From assembly GCA_025201805.1 (NCBI GenBank), contig MU619275.1, forward strand, positions 36,700-100,699: a stretch of DNA of 64,000 bases, read 5' to 3'. The notes below the pieces were generated by a model that had not been told where the DNA came from, searched no databases, and saw only the letters and a list, made by a program, of their open reading frames with translations. Shown one piece after another: positions 36,051 to 49,291 of the stretch; positions within the stretch are counted from its first letter, which is position 1, and each line of letters starts with the position of its first letter. Position numbers and translations under genes: made by a program. The stretch comes from Parasitella parasitica NRRL 2501 (Eukaryota; Fungi; Mucoromycota).

Positions 36051-38026
36051 TTTTTTAGCCAAGGAAGAAATAAAAGAAAAAAAGAAAGAAAAAAAATAGA
36101 GAGAGAAAGAAAAAGGGATATGTGTAATACAGCACATAATTTTTATTTTAAATTTGGTTTGCTGATTGTTGTTGGTGTAATTGCTTCTTCTAAACGATTT
36201 GGAGGCCGCAGATGGGCCATCATATGTACCAACTTTCAACTTTCTCCAGTACCCATTTTTCGTCCAGAGTCAGTAGAATCTACAATGATAGCTTACAATA
36301 TACTTCTTTTTTCGTTTATTAAACATCTCATGTTTCTTTTCTTCAGTACCATAAACCGAAAAGAAAATGTGCTAGCATTTCGCTTTGCTTTTATTTGAAA
36401 CTCTTGAAAATTTATCCTTGATTGAATATAAAAATAACACCAATGTGTGCCAACATGTATCTTTTGTAGCCTTTTTCTGCGTTTGTCCCAGTCAGTATTT
36501 CGACAAATTTTAATTATATAGCAACCCAGAAAACTGTCCCTTCCACTCTTTTTGGGATACACAAATTTAATGAACATGTGAAATGTAAAAAATCATCTGC
36601 GATCACATCTATTATGGCATAATGCAATACAATCTCAAGGAAATAAAGCTGTAAAAAGATACATTATGATGGACGTGACGGATTTGTTTACTACCTGGCT
36701 TGTAGTATATGTAAACATTATTGATGTTATGGATGATGTCCTAACGTTTGTTAATGAAGCCAAGATCAGATTGAAATCAAATCGTGGTCAGATAAAAATC
36801 AGTTGTGATTATTAAATCAGATAGCATATTTTCACAGAGGTTTTAATATTTGTTCAGCCGCACTAATATGTACATATAGTCAAGATCATGCAACGTAAAG
36901 TACATTATACCCTTATTTGTTGTTCATAGAGTCTGGTTTTGTAAATTAGGTCCTTCGACTAATTATAGTCTCTTTATTTTTTCCGGATAGACCATGTCTT
37001 TGTTTCGAAATAAAGCTAAGCTATTTCACTCAACTTTAAACATTTTGATATAACAAAAATACATGAGAATGGTGTTTATCACACCTTAATGAGCAGCAGA
37101 CGTATTCTTATTCTCAATCAATTTTGAAAACAAGAGGTACTTGACATAATAATGCTGGCTTCTCAAATTAGAGAAAAAAAAATGTATATATATTATTTAT
37201 TTGTGTTGTATGGATAAAAAGAAAAGAAACAATAAAGACACAGGATTATACACGATATTTGCAAAGACTATTTATTTTATTGAATGTGGCTATCGGGTAC
37301 ATGAGTCTATAAGAAAGAATACGTTTAGTATACAGAAGTATTAGTATAGCCTAGGTAGAGATAATGTCCATATCAGTGTAATCTCGGTAGAATCATTTGC
37401 ATAATTGAGAGAATACCCGAAAAGTTGGATCTCAGGCACGGCATCATATTGACAGAACTAATATAATACATTCGCAACAATACATCATCTTTTCTTCAAG
37501 ATAATTTCCAAGCCTGTCCTCCCCAATATGATGCATACTCCAACAACTACATCGTCTAACTATCACATCCTCATTACTCAAAACTACCCAACTGAAATAA
37601 TAATTGAGACAGAATTAAAAAATCAAACAGTATTACTATGTGAGTAATACTTGGTGTTGCATGTCAAGTTCAATAATGTTTAATTATAATCACAGATAGT
37701 ATAAAATAGGAGGTCTATTTTATATATTCATTGTAAATTATATTCTTATTTCCTCTATTACAAGCTTATAGAACCAATTGATTTAGTCCTCACGTCAATA
37801 TCTACACGCCAATATCTTATTAAGCATGATGGCTCGGCTATATTACATCGGTAATAGTCTATTCCTTGTCATTTGTACACAAAGAATTACCAATCAAGTA
37901 ATTACGCTACTGTATCTAGACCAACAATCATCCATTGATTAGCATCTGAACATTTTTTTTTTAAAGAAAAAGTATTTCAATGGCGATGCAACCGAAAGTA
38001 GGGCCTATTTTGGAGCTTTTTGATTG

Positions 38027-38095
38027 AAAAGGGCACAATCAGGCCTATACGAGTACAACTTGATTTCTACTAGGCAATGTGTCTATCAAAAGTTA
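38027..38095 (+). repeat. Dispersed repeat relic, copy B (matches 5745-5813)
   Basis: See copy A. Confidence 0.55.
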
Positions 38096-38596
38096 TACAG
38101 TGTGATTCAACATCTAAGTTTCAACAGAATATCCTTGGTTGCATATCTGATATGTAGTAGTAGGTTTCTCGAAATATTGAACGGCGAAAATCAAGGTTCT
38201 AAAACAACCCAAGGTTAAATGTACTGTATTTACACTACAGGGATGCGGTGTTTCCGAATAGTTTCGAAACACAAACATTGTTTTCTTCAATTCGCATTGA
38301 AATGAGACTGGGCGGTGTATATTATCTGGATGTATGAAATCAAAATCGATTATACCTAACCAACAAGGGTCCCCTTTTATTCAAAATCTGATCCTACTCT
38401 AAGATTCAAGTTTGTGCTGAAAAACAGGAATAAAAGTTTAAGCTTGGGACGCAACTGTATGGAATTCGTTCCTATTAAAAAAAGACAATCTAATGCAATA
38501 TTATTGTTTGTTCTTTGTTGATGCATTCTATTTTTTCTTATTGGTAACTAAGCGGGTAAAAAAAAAATTAGTGTTACAAATTTCCAACATTTAAAT

Positions 38597-40182
38597 CTAT
38601 TCAAAATCACCATTAAACTATCAAAAAGGGATAAAGTTAATAAAACCAATTGCGTTCTGATGAATGATGAAAATACCTTGAAATGTGCAATGTCTCCATC
38701 TTCCATGACGTACTCTTTGCCCTTTTGAAGGAATTTTCCTGCTGCTTTCACTGCACTTTCGGTCCCCAGTTGCTTCAAATCCTGAAACTTCATGATTTCT
38801 GCAGAAATAAACCCTCTTTCAAAATCAGTGCTATTTTCAATAAAAAAATAATAATTAATACATTGCGAATTAAATTAGCAAAAACCCAAATTTTACTGAA
38901 TAATCCCTGCTGCCTGCGGTGCTTTTGCAATATTCTACAGAGAAACATAAATGAGTATTCCATGGATAACTTCTGATATATAAGCCTAAATAACTCACTC
39001 TGACTGTCCAAGCTCTCACCTCTTGCTTTCCGCAGGTGAAATAATGGATTAAATCAAGAGCTTTATAACCTGCCAAAATAACCCGAGGCATTTGAGATTC
39101 AACATGATGATCATTCAAATAAACAGCGGCTTCTTCCTTTGACATGTCAGCCAACTTGGATTCGAGTGATACAGAAAGTGGAATGATTAGATCTCCTTTA
39201 TTATTCTCATCAACCCATTTCTGAATGTCTGGTAGATGTTTGCTTTGATTTCCGCTGACGAAATCTTCCTCGCTGCAGTTACAGAGGTAAATTATTGGCT
39301 TTGCTGTCAATAAATGTAGACTGTTGATAGTGTTGACTTCGTTGTTGTTCCAATCTCCCTTTCTGACATCTCTGCCCTGAGCCATAAATTCAGCTAGTCT
39401 TTCAACAATACCTAGCTCTTCTTTTTTAGATAATGCTCCTGGTAATCGTTTAGAATCAGGAAATTTAGCTAGTTTAGCTAATTCAATCAACTGACGCTCC
39501 AGCATTTCTTCATCCTTGATGCGAAGTTCGTTTTGGATAATCTCTAGATCTCGAACAGGGTCTATTGTGTTCTCCACATGTGTGATATCATCATTTTCGA
39601 ATGTTCGGACAAGGTGATAGATGGCATCGACTGAGGACACATTGGATAAAAACGCATTACCGAGGCCTGCACCTTGGGATGCTCCTCGCACAAGGCCAGC
39701 AATATCTACAACTGTCAGCTATGTTCAAACGTTAGTAATATACCTTTTTGCATCAATTTTTTTTATCGAGTCTACGTACATGAGCAGGTGTGATCTTGTT
39801 TGGTTTGTAAGTATCCACAAGCCATTTGAATCTTTCATCAGGAACTTGGACTCGAGCTTCAGATGGATCAATGGTACAGAATGGATAATTCTCTGCAGGG
39901 ACGCTGCTATTTGTCAAAGCATTAAATAGAGAAGACTTGCTATTTTATGACAATAAAACTATTATTAGGATGATGCAGATCAAATTAACCAAGAACTGTA
40001 CAGTACCCAATGTTGGGCAAACCAACGACTCCTATTGATAGATTGTTGGAAGGTCTACCCAACAGAACTGTTTCGCTAGGTTCATCCTTTTTGTTGGCCT
40101 TTTTCTTTGCAAAGGCAATGCTGCTAGAATTGAATAGTCTACGGTTAAGCAAACAAGGTACCTTTCTTGTGATTTTCAGCAT
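38597..40182 (-). CDS. Obg-like ATPase Ola1/YchF family, probable mitochondrial paralog
   Basis: GVVGLPNIG(K)[48 protein letters not shown]; basic N-terminal extension resembling a presequence. Confidence 0.92.
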
Positions 40183-40478
40183 TTTTTCTGGCAAGCCCAT
40201 CCTCTTGAGCAAAGGGGGGCATGAATTTAACGACTATGGTACCTATGAGAAAGTGACTCGAAAAGTGACCTTTTTGTTCAACTATACGGTACTCTGGCAT
40301 GATAAGTGGAGCTATCTTTGGCATCTCAATATGTACTGTAACGGTAAATAAATTAAAAGAAAGAGCAATGACTGATGGTAATTTTATTTCAACGTATAAT
40401 CGAAAATTGCATGCTTAACACTGAAATATTTTTATTTTTTTTAAATTGCTACACATCACTTTTGGTAAGAGGAGCATT

Positions 40479-43104
40479 TCATTCTTCATCGTGGTAGTAA
40501 TCTTCATCCTCATCGTCGTCATCAGCGTAATTGTCTTGACTGAAATGGCCACGGAGAGTCCTCTCAGCATTCAGAAGTAGCTTTCCAATTCGCTCTTCTA
40601 CCCATTTAATATTGGCTGTATTGTCTGCTTCAATTGCTTCCACTAATCCAGGAAACTCTTTAGGCACACCTGTGTTAAGATCAGGACCATATACACCATG
40701 TTTAAACCAGCTGCGATCGACGCTGACTCCTTGAGGATCCAAGAAGGCCCTTTCAAATTGCAGAATGCGCTCATTGCTCTTGGCAACATGGCGCTTAAGT
40801 TTTTTCGAAATGTGTTTCTTGACTGATAATTGTCGATTCCAATGCGCTACTTTCTTGTCAAAATGCAAGCTTGTTGCTGCCAAAGAATGCAAGGCTGAGG
40901 AAATAAAAGGAAACGATAGACAACCCTGCTTGGAGCTAAGGTGCCCAACGTATCGCATGATTTCTGTTGTATAATCTTGAGGATACATCGGTAAAATAGC
41001 GTCAGATGTGAGTCTTAACACCAAGAGCCCCCAAATCTTGGTCAATGTTTGATGGTATTCAAAAGTAGGATCGCCAAATGTTTCCATATAGTCAATATTA
41101 TCAAATATGCTGTGATGCACACCGTACTGCTCGCTTCTGAATCCCATGGAAAGGCTAGAAATGCCCAAATAATTGAAAAAGGCAACACAATCTGAATCTG
41201 CACCAAGAGGATCTGTCAATGGCAAAGGCGTTGTGTTGTCGAGGGGAGAGGATTCTAAATGGAAGTCTTGCTCCTGCAGAGAGCGACTACGGCCCTGTTT
41301 CCACACTTGATATACAGATTGACTAGTGAGTGGATCAATAACCTCGTCAGTAACTTCATATAACAGTCTGTTCAATAACGGAGAAGCTTGGGCACTAAAG
41401 TGTTTGCCAGAAACAGCATAGTCTACATTCAAATAAGCGATAGCCTCTTCTTGGAGCCATGCTTGGTGGTCTTCCACCCATTCAGTAGATCCAACTGCAC
41501 CGTATTCTTCTGCGTCCCATGATGCAATAACTATTGTGCGTTTGGGTCTCCATCCTCTTTCCAAAAGGACGCCTAATGTTCGCACGACTTCCATCTACAA
41601 CGAACAGTTAGCGGTTGATTAAAATGGTGTGCTTGTACTTTACCAAAACAGCAGAGCCCGACGAAGGATCGACTGCACCGTATCCCCAAGCATCGCGATG
41701 GTTGCCAATGATAATAGAGCGTTGTGGTTCTTTTGTGCCTTTGATTTTGCTGATTACATTCCAAACTGGCTTCACTTGATACGTGTTGATATTGACTAGA
41801 TTGATTTGCGCTTCACTCGGACCACTAAAATAGTTTACATTGCAAAGGCCACCAAGCCATGTAATATCAGCCCGAATACCAAATCCCTCAGTCGATTTCA
41901 ATAAAGGCAATGCATCTCTCCAGGAGATGGGTAAAGATGGAATCTTTGGTATGCCCTTTGCGTCTTCATTTGAGATCCTCGTTGCGTTTTCCGTAGCTGC
42001 GTAGCCGGGCGTAGAAGGATCCCCTACGGCATAAGAAAGATATTGAACAGAGCCTTGTTCCACTGATGTAGCAGAGCGCCTTTTTGGTATTTCAGCAACC
42101 AAGCAAATAAACAAACAAATGCACTTACCAGGGGCCGTCAGGATACGATTTATTACTGCTAAAACTGTTACTATCGCCAGCAGTAGGTCCAGCATCGTCT
42201 GGATCAGAATATAAAAGAGCGCCTACACAACCCATATCTTCGGCCATTTTGACCTTGAGCCCCCTAGCAATGATTCCGTTACGGATTAATGCAATGGTGC
42301 CGTTCAACTGTACACCTCGAGCGATCAAAAACTGAAAATCGGTCAGACGACCGTAGTTGGCATAAACAAGCGGTGCTGTCACATTACCGTTGCCAGAATA
42401 AGCATGAAACGAGGGCTGGCTTGTTTCATTGGATTCTTGCAGTGAAGCTTCAAACAGCAACTCTTGAGGGCCTTCTACTATGGCAACTCTTCTCTGCCGA
42501 GGGTAGTTGAGGAGTGGATAGTATGTCTCAATGTATGTGTCGTAGAGACCGTAATTGATCCATTGCTGACGAGTCCATTCGGCCAAGGTCTCATCTTGTT
42601 CAGATCCTGCAATATGAACTCGAGATGCGTAGGTGGTGAAATGATGCTTGATGTGGTCGCTAGACGGGATGGATTTCATGAGATCTGCTGCTGTTTCCGG
42701 AGATAGAGCTGTGTGTATGGAAGCTAATCAGATTTCTGAACCTGGGCAATTGCTAAAAGGCGAATATACTTACCAAAGTCGACGTAGTTGCGTACAAATC
42801 TATGGATAAAATATATGGAGACTGTGCAGAATACAAAGGTAGCCAGTAGTTTCAATCCCCTTGTTTTCGAACGAAGCACTAGGTTTCGTCGAGTACTCTT
42901 TTCTTTTTGTCTCGACGAAAGAAACAACATGCAATGGCACATCCTGAGCCAGAGCTGCGAATGCCATGAGCCGGTGTTGATTTTTCTTCTCTTGCGGCAT
43001 GCTTCTTCATCGATCAAAGGTGTTGTATAATGTGGATGCTTTTCATCATTATTCTGAGACTTTTCTGTAGTGTAGGGTGGAACTGATAAATACCCCTTTT
43101 TCAT
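40479..43104 (-). CDS. Glutamate carboxypeptidase II-like M28 peptidase (TM anchor, PA, TfR dimerisation domains)
   Basis: GNHRDAWGYGAVDPSSG, GWRPKRTIVIASWDAEEYG, YLNVD, GDPSTPGY, WFKHGVYGP. Confidence 0.93.
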
Positions 43105-45899
43105 TTTTTGCTAGTTGTAAAAAGAAAAACCAAGAGGAAAGGTACCTTTTTTTTTTTTTATAATTCAATATTTGTTTATTTATTTATATGTACCATGTAA
43201 TGTCATGTTAAATCTAACATGCTAGCAAAATAGAAATTGAACTGATCATGGTTTATCATGGAAAGTGTGGAAACAGGACGAGTGTTTGTTACACGGCAGC
43301 GAATCTTATTCAAAGAGTAAAATCATGGCTGTTGGTGTATCAAGAGTTGTTGCAGAAAACTTTGCTCGTTACAAACATTATTTTTCTGTGTCTGTTATCA
43401 TCAGTGGTTCGGGACACCCTGACCTATTGTACAAAGACTTAGCATAAATTACAGTGCATTCGACACAAACAGGAGTCTACATGGTTCAAATGGATTAGTA
43501 TACAAATTAGTCGCCTCTTCATTATCAATCTTGAGAACAGTTCATGTCATTTAAGTGAATTTATAAGGCATAGGTAACGTTGTCTCTGCTCTTAATCAAT
43601 ACAGCTTGGAATATAATAATACTAGCGTTTGAATCATGGATAACACAAATCCTATTGTCAGCAAGTTACACGCATGTAAAAGAAACCACTAAAGATTTTC
43701 TGGTCGTTGCTTACAAGGCTATGCGTTTGCTTCAGCGGTTAATTGAGTAATTAGCTGCATATCAAGGGAATATATATCACACTACTGCTCTACAGAGCTA
43801 TACCGTATAATATTATTGTTGATATAGTAGATACTGCCATTTTGACCAAGACAAAAACAAAAGCGGTTCGTCATACTGCCATATCCTTTGCATATATTTA
43901 CGCTGTGTACATTACTCTGTAGCATATATCACAAAGTATACCAGATTTCGGCTTTGAAGGCATGTTGGAACTATTCAGATAAGTATACTTTCTAAAAGAC
44001 AAATCACTTTTTAGTGTTTCATCTATGATATGTACGTATTACCTAACTCGTAGGCCCAGATAGTCCAATAAGCAATAAATAATAAATTATAGCCTGTTAT
44101 GAAGCATCGATTCAAAAGTATATTGTCCAATCGTTCGATTCATTTAGGGGCTATTCTTTATATACACAATAGACTTTTAATAACAATAAAAAATATCTTT
44201 GGAATAGGCAACATGAGAAAGACTCTCATACCACCTGAAAAGATGTCGTTGGAAACTTTTGTTTTTGGATTTCTCTTTTAAAACAAGGGGCTCTACAATA
44301 GTTGCATATTACAATTTACCTGTTTTTGTAAAAACGCGATGCATTGTTGATACACGACATCCGTTATCAGTAAATCCTCAAATGGCTCCTTTATATACCA
44401 AGTTGCTGTCTACATCTGTTACACCGCCACTTAACAGGTTTTTTTTTTAGAATCGAGGTGTCTTTTAGAGGAATCGTGGGTTTGCTTTCTTACATACAGT
44501 TAAATCAACGCTATTTCAAGTAGCCTGATGTACACTTTAAGATCGATTATCCATCGAATAGCTAAACTTAGATTATACAAGACATAGTTTGCCTTTCATG
44601 ATTTAAAAAGGGATAGTATACGCCGTGTATTTACGCGTATGCATATTCAGAATCCTCTTTATAAGAGTTTGCCTTAAATATGCACATGAGGAATCACTAT
44701 TATTCACTTGACAACAAACAGTTTGTATTAAATTAAAAGGAGTGTGAAGAAGAAGGGTGATAAGTTGATGAGGCTTTTTGACCGAGCCCATGTATAAATA
44801 TAAATTCCATAGTTGTCTTTTGAATTATACATAGGCTGCTGACTGACAATACATGGCTAAGAAGAAGAAGGGGCAGTGGCTATTAGTATAGGACGTTGCA
44901 AGTAGTTATGAGTGTGTGGCGTAATTTGCATGTGTTTGGAGTGAGCATACAGCTTTGCAAAAAGTGTATAGGGATAAATCCGAGAATATCTGCCAATATA
45001 GAGTATATGTATAAATAAGACCGCCGCATAGGCTCAAACTGATGGTGCGATGGTAATAATCGGTGGAAACATTATTTTAGGCAATTTGCTGCAAGTACAC
45101 CCATCTCTGTGATATAGCAATGATACATAATGTACAACATGTAGTCATTTTACATTTGGAGGTTTATTTCGCAACAAAACATGATCCAGCATACCCATTC
45201 TAGATTTAACTAAAGATAGAATAATTCTGTCGCTTGTGTGATTTACATGCACATGTGTATACTAATCGTTCCAAATCAAGCCTATACTGTCGGATCTATC
45301 GATGCGTATACGTACACCACAATCGTACAGTATACAACATGTCAATGTTGAAATTCCTTTCTTGTAACGGTCTCTTGTGGCAATTTCACCTTTTGGAAAC
45401 ATGTAGGAGTGGGCATACAATTGAATCATTTGCAAAACAGGGAGAGTCAACTCGGAAGGGGAGTAAATCCACAACGAAAAGAAAGAAAAAAAAAAAGGGG
45501 GGGGGAGCAATTATATAAATATATTACCATACAATCAAAATAGCAGAACGAAATAAATGGCACCTTCCTTGAGTATGATACGTACACAGGTGTCCACACT
45601 AAAAAGAGAAAAGAGAGATTTTCTTGCATTATGTATTCCTAATGTACATGAACTGATTACTACTGCGACAATCTGCCTCAGGGCTCTAGGCCAGTGATCA
45701 AATTACCTGATTTGGGGAATCCTTTCATTGTACATATGCGATAAGTTATATTATACAGTTAAGGAGATTCTGTTATCCTTAATTTCTTCACCATGATTCA
45801 TTGTATGTTACATGTATTTATAACCTTCTCTTTTTTGAATTGTTCTCCCTTTCTCTTTTTCATATCTCTTCAGTTTTTGCATATTGACATATCCACAGA

Positions 45900-46348
45900 T
45901 GATGGGCTTGCTTAATTTCAAAAAGAAAACCCATAAACAGCCTGCTGCTGCCAAGACATTTGCGCCAGCACTTGACCTCCCGTCTTCCACTTTTGACGAT
46001 GTTCCCAGTCCCTTTTCCGCAACAAACAACTTCAGAATTGATACCTTCAGTGCCAGAGAGACGGAAACGAGCCTGATGGACGACATTATGAACGAACTGG
46101 ATTCGTCACAGTCGATTACCAACTACGGCAATGTTTCACCCATCACCAAGCAAACCAAAGGTAAATATGTAAACCTGTGATAAACACACTTGTACTAACA
46201 GCTCCTAAAGCCGCTAGACCATCTCCACTGTTGATCTTCGATTTGCCCCCATCACAGCAACAACAGAAGCAACAAAAGCCGTTATCACCGTTATCAAACA
46301 ATGCGTCACCAGTAGCAGTATCAGCACCGGTACCGGCAGCAGAAGCAG

Positions 46349-46382
<34 letters not shown>

Positions 46383-48888
46383 TAGAAACCCTGCATTCAT
46401 GACTTCTCAGCAGCATTCGTCTGCATCAGCATTTAGCATACCGGCATTAGATAACAACAGGGCTTCCCCTCCAGCGATGCAAAAACAGCATTACCATCGC
46501 CAAAAGCCCCTCTTGTCCTTTTCCAACAGTAATACGAATTTTCAAAACGCGGTAGACATGGACAGCGAAACCGACAGCGACGAAGATGACGAAGATGACG
46601 ATGAAGACGATGAAGACGAAGAAGATGATTTATCACCAACTTCAATCAACAAGCCAATGTCCTCTTTCCTGGCACCCGCATCCCAAGCACAAGTGCAAAC
46701 ACAAACACAAACACAAGCAGCCCCTGCGTACAATATTGCCACAAATACTAATATGAATACATCAAAAAACCTAATGGACAGGATGAAAGAAAGACATCGA
46801 TTGGAAGCACGCAGATCATTACAACCATCTCCTTTTTTGGATATCACGCAGACTCGTACAAGCAATCTTAGCTCGCCATCTATGCCTCTTATATTCTCGG
46901 CCGCTTCGGCTGCTGCTAATGCACCTACTATAACGACCACTCCACCCTTTGACAATAGATCTCCTCCAAGAACTATTGTTCAATCACACTCATTTACAAC
47001 ATACGGCAAACCGACAATCCCATCCCTGCTCGGTTCCCCGCAGCGACACTCTACCTATTTGGTTAGAAGTGCCTCCGACATGAATGACCTTTACAAAAAT
47101 GCGTCTAAACCCGTTCAGGTAAGATGCCCTGTATGCATGTATCAATTTATCAGATTTTTTTTAATTCATCTCTCGCTACAGACACAATCAGAGATAAGCG
47201 TGCCTAAAAGAGCAGCTCCATTACGTATTTCCCACTCGCCATCTGCTACCAATATCAGAAACTCATACTTGCAAACTGGGCCTGTGGTCAATTTCGCGTA
47301 TGAAGAAGAAAAAGAAATGCTTCGTGCCCCTAGCAATCCCCCCAGTATCAGTCCTATGCGATACCAGTTGAACAGATCGGTCTCTGCCTATCCTAGTTTC
47401 CCCCAGCAATCTTTCCAGCAACAACACCAAATGGAGCTACAGCAGCAGCAACAGCAGATACTGCAACAGCAAAAGCAGCAGCAACTTCAGCAGCAACAGA
47501 TCCAGCAGCAGATCGAGTTGCAACAGCAACAGCTTCAAGAACAGCAACGCATCCAACAGCAAAAGTTGCAGCAGTTGCAAATCCAGCAACATCAACAACA
47601 AATGATCAATCAAAGTATTTTGGAGTCCACTGCTGCCGTTGCTGCTGCTGCTGCCGCTGCCGCCGCCGCCACTGCCAACCCTGCTATGCCAAAAACAAGC
47701 CATCGTCGGGAAACTCCCAAATCAGCAATCGTTCGATCTGAAAGCAGCCTGAGCACAAAACACTCGTCCAAGTCCAAACGATGCTCCAAATCAACCAGAC
47801 CTCTTTACGAAAGAGCGTCCTCATCCCCCTCTGTTCCCGATTTGGCAGGCGATTGCCATCATAGCAATCATAAATGTCGTCAGCTTGAGACGCAGCAACA
47901 CCACTTTTGCCATTGTCGTCCCTCTGCCATGAGCAACAAAAGCGTGTTACACAGTTCGAGTCATGTTCCAGATACGCCACCTCCTGAATTTCACTACGAT
48001 AGCAGTGAAAATATGTTCCAAAAAGAAACAACAGAACAACAGACGGCTTCTTCATTATCATCGCCCGCCACTGAAGACCAAATGGAGCATATAAAGAACA
48101 TTGAGGATACATTAATTGCAAACTCATCTACCAGCACATTGACCGAAGGAGGAGATAATGTGGATGACACAGTTACGGAACAAGTAGCACCTAAGCTCAT
48201 GTCTAGATTGATTCGATTGCCCAACAAACTGAAACAAGAATTACAATCTATGCAGATAAGACGATCCAACTACTCTGTTCCTGATCTGTCTGCGCTTTCT
48301 TCTTCAGACGAAGACGAGGAGGACATGCAACAAAAACAACTCAAGGATTGGAGCACAATTGAAATGTTCTCCGCCAGCGATTCAGGTACAATAAATGTCG
48401 CTCATGAAGATGAGCCAATCAAACAAAGCATAACTGCTTCGGATGCCAAGCCTACTGTATCTTCTGTAGCTCCTGAACCGCCAGCATACGACTCCAGCAT
48501 TGTAAAGCAATCCCAAAGCTCTCTTCATTTAGGGGATAATAATTGCAGCCACCATCAGCATCAGCGTCACCACAATAGACACCGATGTTCTAAAAGACAA
48601 TCTACATGCTGCAATTCATCAACATCATCGAGAAAACATCACTGCTCATCATCTAAACGTGCCAGTTTAACAAAATCATTCTCTAATTATACAATGGACG
48701 TACCATCCTCCATTCTGACAACATGCAACCATAACCATCATCATCAGCAAGAAAAAAGACATAATCACCAGCACCATCATCATCACCATGGGAACAAACA
48801 TCGAAGTCGTCATCACCATGGATATCAATGTTGTGGTAGCAACAGTAGATACACTCTTTTACTTGGAGACGACGATGAAGAGGATTAA
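45900..48888 (+). CDS. Hypothetical intrinsically disordered protein (poly-A, poly-D/E, poly-Q, His/Cys-rich tail)
   Basis: Long ORF (903 aa) plus an upstream exon MMGLLNFKKK; probable introns near 46161-46201 and 47119-47181; no recognised domain. Confidence 0.7.
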
Positions 48889-49190
48889 GACAATCGGAGA
48901 CCTAATGCTTTTATAATTGACATGTTCCCCCATTCCCCCATTCCAATCTTTTATACTTTTACAAAGGGATATATCCCCTATACATTTAATAACCTTTTCT
49001 TTACTTAGCTTATATATATATATTAAACTATACATTATGTAATATCTATTATGTTTACCCATATATAACCACAAATCTTGTCTTTTTTATTGTATAAAAA
49101 CGGCTTATTGATACTATTTTTATCTTTTATATATATATTATGCTCTGTGTTACGGATACACCAGAAGAGGAGAGGTGCAAAAAAAAACGT

Positions 49191-49191
<1 letters not shown>

Positions 49192-49224
<33 letters not shown>

Positions 49225-49286
49225 TTTTTTTTTTTTTTTTTTTTTTACTGTTTTTTTTTAGTCCTTTTTTTTTTTTTTTTATTTTT
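49192..49286 (+). repeat. Interrupted poly-T tract upstream of the chitin synthase start
   Basis: About 95 nt, nearly all T. Confidence 0.9.
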
Positions 49287-49291
49287 GCTTG

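Noticed and set aside
38236-38460. TACAG...CTGTA bounded segment with a GTGTTTC/GAAACAC hairpin (possible MITE)
   Set aside because: The putative termini match only over CAG; no real TIR.
43110-45880. 2.8-kb intergenic region with short ORFs
   Set aside because: No gene, tRNA or TE hallmark could be supported by eye.
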